The notes under the pieces: model-generated
Told to the model about the DNA's origin: nothing
The model's input: the letters and a program-made list of their open reading frames with translations, nothing else
Databases searched by the model: none
Program-made: the position numbers and the translations under genes
Shown: positions 37,543-49,019 of the stretch, one piece after another
Layout of the letters: each line of letters starts with the position of its first letter
Position numbering within the stretch: the stretch's first letter is position 1
Source: Lepidodermella squamata
Lineage: Eukaryota > Animalia > Gastrotricha
Length of the DNA: 64,000 nt
Assembly (NCBI GenBank): GCA_047495785.1
Contig: JBLDXI010000028.1
Span: 310,001 to 374,000 of the forward strand
Reading direction: 5' to 3'

Positions 37543-39224
37543 TTAACATTGGAGCTTGTGGATCTGGCCAATGCTGACGGGCTCGACAGCCTCGAGCTTC
37601 TGGCCCTTGCGGTCAACGCAGTGGCAAACGGAGCCGATGCATTGGATGGGGTTGTAGCTGCCGAGTTCGTCGCACGAGTAAGTCAGACCGACCATGCCAG
37701 TCTTCATGAAATCAGCCTGAGCACGGGCGCATTCGCAGTCCATCTTCGAGGCGAATCCAACGTTAGCAGAGTGGCCGGTGGGGATGCCCTGGCTGTCAAC
37801 GCACTGGCAGACGGCTTCGCGGCACTGGCGGGGGTGGTACGAGCCATCTTCGAGGCACTGAGGCTTGTGGCGGCCGAGGCACCTCGGGCAGGTCTGCTCG
37901 GAGAGTTCGACCTCACGAGCGCAGGCGCCCTGTTCGACGGCTTGGCGCTTGTCAGCAGCGCAGTTCAAGGTCGAGATCATGTGGATGGGGACGGCTTCGA
38001 TGGCTTCAAGACGCTGACCGACCTGGTCGACACAGTGGCAAACAGAGCCGATGCATTGGACGGGGTTGTAGTTGCCGAGGGCGTCGCACGAGTAGGTGAG
38101 ACCAACGAGGCCAACCATGCCCTTGCGCTGGTAGTCGGCTTGTTTGCGAGCGCATTCTAAAACAGAAAATTGTGATCAATGAATTCGACAAGGCATTTTT
38201 TAATTTTCGGAAGGCATTGATTTAGGGGTCGAGACTCTGAGATTTGCTTACCGCAGTTCATATCAGCAGCCTGGGAAATGTGAGCCGAGACTTCAGTCGG
38301 GCGGCCCTTGGAGTCGACGCAGGTGCAGACGGAGCCAAAGCACTGGCGGGGGTGGTACGAGCCATCTTCACGGCAGACTGGTTTCTTCTGGCCAAGACGA
38401 ACCGGGCCTTGTTCGAGGAGCTCGAGCTCACGGGCGCAGGCTCCCTGTTCAACAGCATCACGACGACGACGGACCAAGCAGCCGCCGAGTTCTTCCTTGC
38501 GCTCCTCGGGCCTTGATCCGAGCGAGTCGATCGGCTTGCCGAAATCGTTGACGCAATAGCAAACGCCGCTACGGCACTGAACACGCTCGTAGTTGCCCAT
38601 GGAATCGCACTGGCGGGTGAAGGCGATCGTCGACGTTTTGTGGTCGTCGCGGTCACGAACGCATTGGCAGTTCATCTGCTGGTGTTGGCCGATGGAGACG
38701 GCGAAGTCTTCGATTTGCTTACCGCGCTTGTCGACGCACATGCAAACAGCTTCGCGGCATTGGACTGGGGCGTAGGTGCCATCTTCGAGGCATTCGGGCA
38801 AATGAGCGCCCATCATACCGTTCTGGATGTCGCGGCTTTTGGACAGGACTTCAGCGTGACATGGGCCCTTGACTAGGGTTTCTGTAATACAAGTTTGATC
38901 GTTAATTTTGAGAAATGTATTTTTTAACTTACCCAGCTTGACACACTGCTTGGTAGCTGGGTGGCACTCGAGGCCCCTTCCGCACTCTTTCTTAGACGGG
39001 GATCCGAGGAGGTTCGAGGCGCAAGATTCGCCTTCGTTCAGTTGTTTAACGCAAGCCGGGCAGCAACCACAGAATCCGCCGTGGATGTCAACGCGACCAT
39101 CGCAAGCTTGGATCTCGAGCATGGCCGAGGAGCAGTCGGCATTGCTGCAGATATCGGGCGTGCAAATGATAGCTGAGCACACTTGCAGGGTGCAAGCAGC
39201 CGCAATTGCTAAGATGAATCTCAT
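37543..39224 (-). CDS. Secreted IGFBP-like domain plus six thyroglobulin type-1 domains (thyropin-like protease inhibitor)
   Basis: Exons 39224-38933, 38881-38252, 38156-37543 (introns 51 and 95 nt). Signal peptide, GFCGCCPACV motif, six QC...CxCVD/N..G modules. Confidence 0.9.
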
Positions 39225-39252
39225 TTCGGTGGGTAGAACGAACTTGAATAAC

Positions 39253-39286
39253 GACTGGAATTAACTAGGTGAACCCGCCTTTTATA
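39253..39286 (-). promoter_or_regulatory. TATA box and Inr-like element of the thyroglobulin-repeat gene
   Basis: TATAAAA on the minus strand at 39280-39286, with CCAGTC ~25-30 nt downstream and the ATG 30 nt further. Confidence 0.6.
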
Positions 39287-40770
39287 GGGTCTCTCCTGGT
39301 TATGGGAGTCGCCATCGGGTCCCAGAGTTTTCTCACGCATGGCTGTTTTTTTATTATTAGGGCTAAGTGCTATCTAATTCGAGCTATTATCGTGTTGTTT
39401 TTGCTGCCTGGTTGGGTCCATAATGAGCGCGTTGTTGCTTTATCTCGAAAGTTCGGTGGGAGACACGAAAAAAGGCAAAGGCAATCGCCTATCAAGCTAT
39501 ATATCAAGCTCACGCCGTGGTAAAAATATTGAGCTAGGGCATGCTAGATAATGCATAAGTACTTGTTACGTTGTTATTATGGACAAAACATGATCTTTCA
39601 TCAACCATTAACCAGAAAGTTAATCAGTGAGTTGATTTGCTGAAATCGATGCATTCTCGCCAGTAGAAGGAGGCCTGTCACACTTTCGTATGTCGGCTGA
39701 GCTGGGAGTTGTCACGCTTGGTGAGCGCTCTAACCTGCGAACGAGAAATAGGCCTCAGTGAAGCCTCGTTTATGAAAGGCGAAGCCATATCATAGAGTTC
39801 AAAAATTATTATCAGTGAAACCTGAAGCCACAAAATTATATTTGAAGCAAGCTGTCTGCATAGATCCTTCCCTCAATCCTTCAAGGGTAGATCTGTGTGC
39901 CATAATATGAGACGTACCAGACAGAATAGGTCCTCATCGTTTCTGTTCTTGCTTAACACAGTTGGGGTGACTACGCTCTGATGAATTAACTATCAACATT
40001 TCCCTCTGTCAAATTCTTTTTCGGCTCTAATAATAAGGGCCCTTTATATACGGCACGTCTCACTTAGTGTTGTGATGTATAGAAGTTGGCTGAATAGTTT
40101 AATTTAATAATTCTCGACACGGAAATGTGCTATCGTCCGCATCCTGAGCTATATAATACAATGACCACAGGTTTTGCTTCGATTTGACTCCTCAAGGGCC
40201 TCCATAGCAATGGCCTCTCGCCGAGCCCTGGACCGTCGACTCCTGCGAGGTGGACTCTGTGATTGCGCAGCTGTGAATAACGCGGGTAAGGCATTGCACA
40301 GATGTGTTAAAAAAGGCTGAAAGAGAAATAGGCTGAATTAAAACTGCCAACACTTCAGTCTTTTCACGTGAGCATTATGAACACCGCCATAGAGAACGGG
40401 ACTCAATGGAACCAACCAATTCCCTTTTTACGTATCCGCCTGACGAGGTGGTCATTCAGGGGGTGGTTATTCTGCCTATAATTCAAGTTTTTAATCGATT
40501 TTTCAGTTTTATAACACCCGTTGTGTAAGCGTAGTGACATCAATTGCACAGTATAATTTATTGCCGACACTTCAAGCGATAAGTCCCAAGCCGAGCAGTA
40601 GTTGAAATCACACATTCACCCACACGAATAATATTGCATACCCCCGTAACCAAACCTAGAACCAAACATATCGATATCTTTCACCTTTAAAGAAATTAAG
40701 GCGCGGTGACAAAGCAGCGAAATCCCCACGGTATGGCGTGGCGAACGATATCTTATGTCGATGCCGCTGA

Positions 40771-43213
40771 CTAAACCTCACGCGGTCTGCCAGGACGACC
40801 CTTGCCAGCAGGCGCCGGTGGTGGAGCTGGGGCGTACACAGGAGCAGCTCTCGGTGTCTTGATGTCCGCCATGCCCTGACGGGTCAAGCGGCTCTGCTCG
40901 GATGGAACTTCAACCTCACGCGGTCTGCCAGGACGACCCTTGCCAGCAGGCGCCGGTGGTGGAGCTGGGGCGTACACAGGAGCAGCTCTCGGTGTCTTGA
41001 TGTCCGCCATGCCCTGACGGGTCAAGCGGCTCTGCTCGGATGGAACTTCAACCTCACGCGGTCTGCCAGGACGACCCTTGCCAGCAGGCGCCGGTGGTGG
41101 AGCTGGGGCGTACACAGGAGCAGCTCTCGGTGTCTTGATGTCCGCCATGCCCTGACGGGTCAAGCGGCTCTGCTCGGATGGAACTTCAACCTCACGCGGT
41201 CTGCCAGGACGACCCTTGCCAGCAGGCGCCGGTGGTGGAGCTGGGGCGTACACAGGAGCAGCTCTCGGTGTCTTGATGTCCGCCATGCCCTGACGGGTCA
41301 AGCGGCTCTGCTCGGATGGAACTTCAACCTCACGCGGTCTGCCAGGACGACCCTTGCCAGCAGGCGCCGGTGGTGGAGCTGGGGCGTACACAGGAGCAGC
41401 TCTCGGTGTCTTGATGTCCGCCATGCCCTGACGGGTCAAGCGGCTCTGCTCGGATGGAACTTCAACCTCACGCGGTCTGCCAGGACGACCCTTGCCAGCA
41501 GGCGCCGGTGGTGGAGCTGGGGCGTACACAGGAGCAGCTCTCGGTGTCTTGATGTCCGCCATGCCCTGACGGGTCAAGCGGCTCTGCTCGGATGGAACTT
41601 CAACCTCACGCGGTCTGCCAGGACGACCCTTGCCAGCAGGCGCCGGTGGTGGAGCTGGGGCGTACACAGGAGCAGCTCTCGGTGTCTTGATGTCCGCCAT
41701 GCCCTGACGGGTCAAGCGGCTCTGCTCGGATGGAACTTCAACCTCACGCGGTCTGCCAGGACGACCCTTGCCAGCAGGCGCCGGTGGTGGAGCTGGGGCG
41801 TACACAGGAGCAGCTCTCGGTGTCTTGATGTCCGCCATGCCCTGACGGGTCAAGCGGCTCTGCTCGGATGGAACTTCAACCTCACGCGGTCTGCCAGGAC
41901 GACCCTTGCCAGCAGGCGCCGGTGGTGGAGCTGGGGCGTACACAGGAGCAGCTCTCGGTGTCTTGATGTCCGCCATGCCCTGACGGGTCAAGCGGCTCTG
42001 CTCGGATGGAACTTCAACCTCACGCGGTCTGCCAGGACGACCCTTGCCAGCAGGCGCCGGTGGTGGAGCTGGGGCGTACACAGGAGCAGCTCTCGGTGTC
42101 TTGATGTCCGCCATGCCCTGACGGGTCAAGCGGCTCTGCTCGGATGGAACTTCAACCTCACGCGGTCTGCCAGGACGACCCTTGCCAGCAGGCGCCGGTG
42201 GTGGAGCTGGGGCGTACACAGGAGCAGCTCTCGGTGTCTTGATGTCCGCCATGCCCTGACGGGTCAAGCGGCTCTGCTCGGATGGAACTTCAACCTCACG
42301 CGGTCTGCCAGGACGACCCTTGCCAGCAGGCGCCGGTGGTGGAGCTGGGGCGTACACAGGAGCAGCTCTCGGTGTCTTGATGTCCGCCATGCCCTGACGG
42401 GTCAAGCGGCTCTGCTCGGATGGAACTTCAACCTCACGCGGTCTGCCAGGACGACCCTTGCCAGCAGGCGCCGGTGGTGGAGCTGGGGCGTACACAGGAG
42501 CAGCTCTCGGTGTCTTGATGTCCGCCATGCCCTGACGGGTCAAGCGGCTCTGCTCGGATGGAACTTCAACCTCACGCGGTCTGCCAGGACGACCCTTGCC
42601 AGCAGGCGCCGGTGGTGGAGCTGGGGCGTACACAGGAGCAGCTCTCGGTGTCTTGATGTCCGCCATGCCCTGACGGGTCAAGCGGCTCTGCTCGGATGGA
42701 ACTTCAACCTCACGCGGTCTGCCAGGACGACCCTTGCCAGCAGGCGCCGGTGGTGGAGCTGGGGCGTACACAGGAGCAGCTCTCGGTGTCTTGATGTCCG
42801 CCATGCCCTGACGGGTCAAGCGGCTCTGCTCGGATGGAACTTCAACCTCACGCGGTCTGCCAGGACGACCCTTGCCAGCAGGCGCCGGTGGTGGAGCTGG
42901 GGCGTACACAGGAGCAGCTCTCGGTGTCTTGATGTCCGCCATGCCCTGACGGGTCAAGCGGCTCTGCTCGGATGGAACTTCAACCTCACGGGGCTTGACA
43001 GGACGACGCTTGCCAGAAGGGGCGGGTTGCGGAGCTGGGGCGTGCACAGGATCAGGTCTCGGTGGCTGGATACGGGTCAAGCGGCTCTGCTCGGATGGAA
43101 CTTCAGCGGAAACCGTGGCGACCTTACGGGTAAAGTTTTGAACATTTTATACAGGGTGCTTTTATACGGCGCAACGAACTTACCAGAAGTACCACAGCGG
43201 CGTAGTGGAGCAT
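40771..43213 (-). CDS. Secreted Pro/Arg-rich tandem-repeat precursor A
   Basis: Exon 1 43213-43184 (MLHYAAVVLL), 61-nt GT-AG intron, exon 2 from 43122 (VATVSA-EVPSEQSRL...). One variant unit, then 15 full and 1 partial 46-aa repeats. Same gene structure as paralog B. Confidence 0.8.
40774..42990. repeat. 138-bp coding tandem repeat, ~16 apparently identical copies
   Basis: Unit encodes TRQGMADIKTPRAAPVYAPAPPPAPAGKGRPGRPREVEVPSEQSRL on the minus strand. Confidence 0.97.
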
Positions 43214-45889
43214 TTTATTACTAGAATTTGAAATTCGGTCCGAAAAAGTTTAGCGTTTTGCAAAGCTAAATTCTTGATAATGAAAGAGAGTTAGGCTCGT
43301 TCCTTCCTTCTCGGGTGAATTTTCCACCTGCCGAGCGCCATGATGTTTGGGAGTTTACATTAACTTGCACCCTTGTTCGGGTCATCATTCCGGTGTTTTT
43401 TGCACGGACTGATCTACCATCATAATATGTTGGCATAACGGGGAAGAATGTGCGTGAAAAATTTGAAAACCCACATGCACGCATGCCATTGTACGTGAAA
43501 ATTACGCCATGTTACCCCACTTGGCGTTTCAGGTTCTAGCGAGTCATTCAGTTATTAAGAAATACTGTAACGCAAGTGCAGTATTTTAATAAAAACGGAA
43601 ATATAAAGTAAAAAATTGAAAGGGAGAGGTTATGAATAATATAAAACATCTTCTGTGAGCTTTGTAGTGGATAGCGGAAAATATTCGCCTCACTGCCAGC
43701 TTTTCAGAACCAAGGCGCGGAATAGCGACCTGATGAAGGCGAATATTTTAGCCATTCGTATAAAAGCTTCCAGATATAGTTGTGTTATCCGGGCCACTAT
43801 CATCAATTTCTTCACAGTAAAGTTACCTGTTCAGACGGATTAGGCAATAATATTGAAAATTAAAATCCAACTTGTAACTTTGCATGAAATTTGCAACAGC
43901 GAATGATTTTCAACTGCTGAAAATCATCCATCACTTTTTTCTGCGATTTAAAACTCCACGCTCATCCGCATCGACATTGAGCGCATTAATCTCGAGGTGA
44001 AAAATGGAAAAATGCCAAGTCTATCTCTCGAACTGCAAATTTGCATCGAGCCGCTCAATCTTGGGTGTCAAGCTGCTACGTAGCTTCAAGAAGAATTGTC
44101 AGTCAACCAGCGATATGGCAACGACATGTTCGGCCCGACTGTTTGTTGCACCATCCTCCTTTGGCAAGTTGAGGCTCGCTCAAGTCTCTAAGCAATCGGC
44201 AATAATTCTCGGCCGCGGTAAATCTTTCGCTGCCTCTAACCTGATCCAATGGCATGCCCCGCTTGTGGATATCTCTTATAATTTGCGACAAATCCCTCAG
44301 CCTTGTTGATTTTCTTTCAGAAACAGCCCAGGATAGCAGTACTTATTTCGGGCTGTTTAATGGCATATTTCCCGCTATGATAACCCGGATACTCCAGATT
44401 AATTAGACGGAGACTTGGAATATTGATGAGAAAAATAGTTGGAAATGGCAAGGAAACAATGCAAAATTGCAGGACAGGATACATAGCAGGAGCAGGATAA
44501 GTGAGTTATTTCGTTGTCCGTCTCAGTCAAATATGCTTGTGCGGAGACTCTGGAGGAAGAAAATGCTCAGGAGAAAGAAAGAGGGATGGATTGCACTTTA
44601 ATCATGAAAACTAGGCTAGTAACTGCTAAAAATAAGTTGAACCGTTATATGTCCGGCTCCCTATCAGCGGCGGCTTAGATTTCATACTCGCTTCTTTTTG
44701 TCGAAACTTCTCTAAACTCATTGAAGCATGAAAACGCGCTGTAAGGAAAAAATTGACTCACTGCGAAGATCACATTCATCGAAATGTAACATGTGGGATC
44801 GAGAAGAAAAAGGCTGTAATCTGTATTTTTCGACCAATTTCTGCACGCTGATAAAGTTTATTAGCTATAATTCGCCAAGCTATCAATTCATAGGTATATT
44901 TTTGCTCACGCATTCACAAATTTAATTTAGCTAAATTCAGTGTTAAATACAAACGTAAAAACTGCAAATAGGAAGAAATTATTGCAAGCAAAAGCAATAC
45001 TATAAGTGGGAAATTCACAAGAATGATGAAATTCGATATTCCATGCGATTTTACAAGAAATATCCTTTAGGCCAATTACTTGTTTCGGGAGATGAGCTCC
45101 GTGCCGTAAACCCGACTGCACCAGTTGGTACTAGTTGCTTTCTGCGTTTTGAGCGACTGCCTCTCGCCGACACAAACCCTGGAAGATCGCCCAAGCCCAA
45201 TTTGGATCTTGGGTAGTCGGATTGCATAGAACGACGCTTGCATAGCATATAACCTATTGGAATGTGCGTTTCAAAATTATAGGTATAACATCGATCATGA
45301 AAGCGAGAATGAACTTATACCAGAATAAGAGACAAGGCAACGACGAAGTTGTTCATCTTCTAACAGGAACTTTTTATTTTCAACTATAGGTATATGAGTA
45401 GCAGTAGAGCGAAATTTGACAGAAATGAATTTCGTCCTTCTATCTTTCCTCATTCTTCAGTTAACGTGCAACGCACCTGGCGGAATGACAAACAAAAGGA
45501 GGAAAGTATCACGCAAAAACTCTAGGGAAAGAAATGAGCGCCGAAACGGGTGGCTGTTTAAATTCTCATATATTATCTCTCCTTCTCAACAAGCAGGAAA
45601 TTAGTCAGCGGAAAATTTGTAAGAAAATTTAGCTTGGATGAGTGGATCGAGTACATATTTGAATTGTGTGCAAATTTGAGCTATGGATCTCTAAAATCAC
45701 CAATCGCCAATAGATTGAGAGATGAACAAAATCTATAGCAATTCACTAGAAGCAGCCGATCAATTTCTCTGTCACTTGCCTAGATAGTAGCTTAAGATTG
45801 AAAACTACCGCAACAATATCGTTAAATTTCTTTCAAAACCTGTTCCAATAACACCTGAGGGTCCTCCTTTTATCGGAATTAACGGTAAG

Positions 45890-46200
45890 CAGAACCAAAC
45901 TTTCTATTAGCGGAACCTAATTTTGGAATTTTCTGGTGGCCTGAAATGACGTTTTGCTTATTTCTTGCGGGTCAAGATTGGGCAAAGGAATTCTGGAAAA
46001 ACACCTGTAAATTCAGCGTAAAAGTCTCTTTAAGACAGAGTGTTCAATTCAGAGCTCATTGTTCACCTAAAATTTGTAGAGTTATCTGAAAATCTGAGAA
46101 TCTCAGTCTCAGCATATTTCGACTTTGGTTCCGCGAAATGTCAATTTGGTTCTGCTCACCGTAAATTTGGTTCCGATAAAAGATATTCCGAATACCTGAC
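45890..46200. repeat. Second copy of the GGTTCCGC-unit MITE-like repeat
   Basis: Same inverted unit layout as 300-700. Confidence 0.6.
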
Positions 46201-46428
46201 CGGTCATAATACACGTGGATGACCCTCAAAATTGGGTCTAACTGAAATCCTATCGTTTTCGGATTTTCGGTGCTTGTGAAACCTTTCATTGACCGTAATT
46301 CGGGTGATTTTCCGTAATCTAGCGTATCACTTCTGGCACGTGCTCTACTCTAGAACGTTCGTTGGTGCAAATTTTTTTCATTCATCTTTTCTAGGCTGAC
46401 AAAGTTTCTCGCCTGGAAAATTCGCTAA

Positions 46429-46740
46429 ATGACTGTGAAAAAAGTGTTAATGAAATAGCCAAGCTTACTTCTTTGCTTTGATTCAAATTAACATCGATCG
46501 AATCGGACGCTTTTTCCCAGTATGCCATGTTGGTTGTAAATTTCAAAGATGATAGAACAAGGCGAATTTGCGATATTATCGCGGGTGAAAATCGAACTAT
46601 CGATAAGACGCCGATTTTCGGCCTAGATTGGGACAACTTTGGTCAATCATCAGCAAGCGTCTTGTAGGCTTTTGTTTATTCTACTTATCATCTTTTCACA
46701 AAGACCTGCAACTCATTTTGCGGGTGAAAAACAACCATAC
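46429..46740 (+). pseudogene. Truncated, deleted copy of the 5' part of sulfotransferase 1
   Basis: Near-identical to 49020-49510 (e.g. AGAACAAGGCGAATTTGCGAT...CAGCAAGCGTCTTGTAGGC), with deletions and a frameshift. Confidence 0.8.
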
Positions 46741-46880
46741 AAACTTACCGACTCAAAAACCATAAAACGCCGCTATGAAACGCACCGAAAACAATCACAA
46801 TATGCAATATGCGATTTACCCTTGTCCAAAAATAGAGAAACAGCGCCCACAAATCTAAGACAACTCTAACTCAGTAGAAC

Positions 46881-47265
46881 TTATTCAACCTTGTGGCCAT
46901 TTCCCCTCGGGTTCCTGTATTTGCCAGAGGGTGCTGGTGCTGGAGCTGGCCCACGAACAGGGGCAGCTCTCGGCGCTTTGATGTCGTGCATGCCTGCACC
47001 GCTCAGGCGGCTCTGCTCAGATGGAAGTTCAACCTCACGGCAATTTCCCGTTCTGTATTTCCAAGCGATAGTCGGTGTTGGAGCTGGCACAGTGACACCT
47101 CTTATTGGCTCGTTGTCGCGCATGCCTTCAGCACTCAGGCGGCTCTGCTCAGATGGAACTTCGCCGAAAACGTGGGCGACCTTATGAGAAATGTTTTGAA
47201 ATAGAGCAATCTCGCTTTAGAGGTAGACAACTTACCAGAAGTGCCAATGTAGCGTATCGTAGCAT
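46881..47265 (-). CDS. Secreted Pro/Arg-rich precursor B (two-unit paralog, ~109 aa)
   Basis: Exon 1 47265-47236 (MLRYATLALL), 55-nt intron, exon 2 47180-46881 (VAHVFG-EVPSEQSRLSAEGMRD...REVELPSEQSRLSGAGMHDIKAPRAAPVRGPAPAPAPSGKYRNPR...). Confidence 0.8.
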
Positions 47266-47530
47266 CTTGTCTCAAAGATTCGAGAATAAGACCGAAAATG
47301 TTGGAACCCTCAAAAGGAAAATGCTTGATAATGAATGCGAATAAAGCTTTAGCCTTACTCCCCGGGAAAATTTTTCACGTGCCTTACGGCGCATCGGTCT
47401 TTGGCAAATTACGTTGTTTGCACACTGGATGCTTTTTTCGCGGACTAGTGAATGCAAATACAAATATGTAATTTACGTTAAAATATAAGCTCGAAAGCAA
47501 CCATGAAAAATAGCTAGGAATGAGCTAGGA

Positions 47531-47768
47531 ATCTCAACCCAAAGATATTGGGTTCGACTCTAACTTTTTCATCATATACCCTTGTGGTAATACCACTACG
47601 CAATAGTGCTCAGTGATAGGAGTTATGCAGATTCGGCAACTTTGAACATTTTAGTGATTCTGAGCATAACCGAGTTCAAGCCGACTCCTACAGAAAGATC
47701 CCTACTGCGTAGTGGTATCACCTCAAGGGTCTCAACCCAAAGATCTTGGGTTCGACTCCAACTTTTTC
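47531..47768 (+). pseudogene. tRNA-derived (Glu-like) pseudogene or SINE-head fragments
   Basis: TCCCT...TAGTGGT (A box), TCTCA, GGGTTCGACTCC (B box) then a T run at 47699-47768; partial duplicate at 47531-47568. No acceptor-stem pairing. Confidence 0.45.
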
Positions 47769-47967
47769 CTCAATTTTTTTCAAGTTTATTAGTTTTTTGG
47801 GAATGACGGAGTGACGAAATGACGAAGCAACGAGAAGAAGCCACCACCTCAAAAGCTAGCTATTTTTTCATGTTATCTTGGCACGCGCGCTCCGATCCTG
47901 CAAAACCGAAGTAGAATGCATAGCAGCAGTCCTGAGGGGACAGATAAAAAGCATAATCTTCAACTTT

Positions 47968-48077
47968 AGGGGTGGGTGATGACCATTATTCGCCTACCTT
48001 CGCCCTCTTCAAAACCGGAAACGGTAAAAGACGCTAGTCGAGAAGAGGCTAAAAAATAAAACAATTATTATTATTAT
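47968..48077 (+). mobile_element. 3'-end-only copy related to the RTE-like LINE
   Basis: Matches 31130-31240, including CCTTCGCCCTCTTCAAAACCGGAAACGGTA and the (ATT)n tail. Confidence 0.8.
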
Positions 48078-49019
48078 ACGTGCAGAAGTGAATATTTGAT
48101 AAAATGAGGCGAATAACAAGGTCGTCGAAATCTCTTGCTGGTAGCCGTCACGATGCAAACCAGGTTTTCCTATTCAGGTCGAAATTGCATGATCCGGATT
48201 CGCGGTTCACGCTGCAACAGCAGAAAGTTGGAACAACAAGCCAGAGCAGGATTTGAGGCGCCAATGGCTGCTTCCTCGGCAACTCTTCGACGTCGATTGG
48301 CAAAATTGACCCTAAATTGAGGATTCATTCCACTTGGAAATAAACGCAGATCCTATTACGTTATCTTCAGTTAACGTTCAACGCACTTGGCGGATTGACA
48401 AATAAAAGGCTGAATATCACGCAAAAACCCTCTGGGAAAAGAAATAAGCGCCGAAAAGGGTGTTGATTAAACATCGCATATCGTCTTTTCTCATCATGCA
48501 GAACAATTTTAATTGTGTGCGAATTTAAGCTAAAAAGTCGCCAATCGATTAATAACCGAATCGAATTTGAGAAAACAAAATCTATAGCCTTGAACTAGAA
48601 GCAGGCAAACAATTTCTGCGGCGCTTTCCTATTAGAGCTATGGATAGGCATAATATAAGCAAAGATCAAAGAAGTCCCGTCAACATTCTGCCACCTTATG
48701 CATGACATTTCGCCGACTCAGATGCCAAGCTTCAACAGGCTCATTGTTTATTTCGTTTCATATGTAACAATTTTTGACCGTGCAGCAATTGAATTTATAG
48801 GAAGCTGACATGGGATACTCCCCGGGCCCTAATTGACGGGATTTCAATAGTAAAAATGTCCGATTTTCTATCACCCATCACCCTAATAACGGGTGACTTT
48901 TTTTCTGGTGTATCGCATTGGCACGTGCTCTAATTTTTGAACATTCGTTGGTGCAACGTGTTTCATTCATTTTTTCAAGCAGGCTGAACAAATTTATTAT
49001 TGCCTGGAAATATTGCTAA

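Noticed and set aside
37495-38876. Long plus-strand ORFs (221 aa and others)
   Set aside because: Antisense shadows of the codon-biased thyroglobulin-repeat gene.
40774-42990. CRISPR-like array
   Set aside because: No unique spacers; units are identical 138-bp in-frame coding repeats in a eukaryotic gene.
47699-47768. Functional tRNA-Glu
   Set aside because: No acceptor-stem pairing and an irregular anticodon arm; kept only as tRNA-derived.
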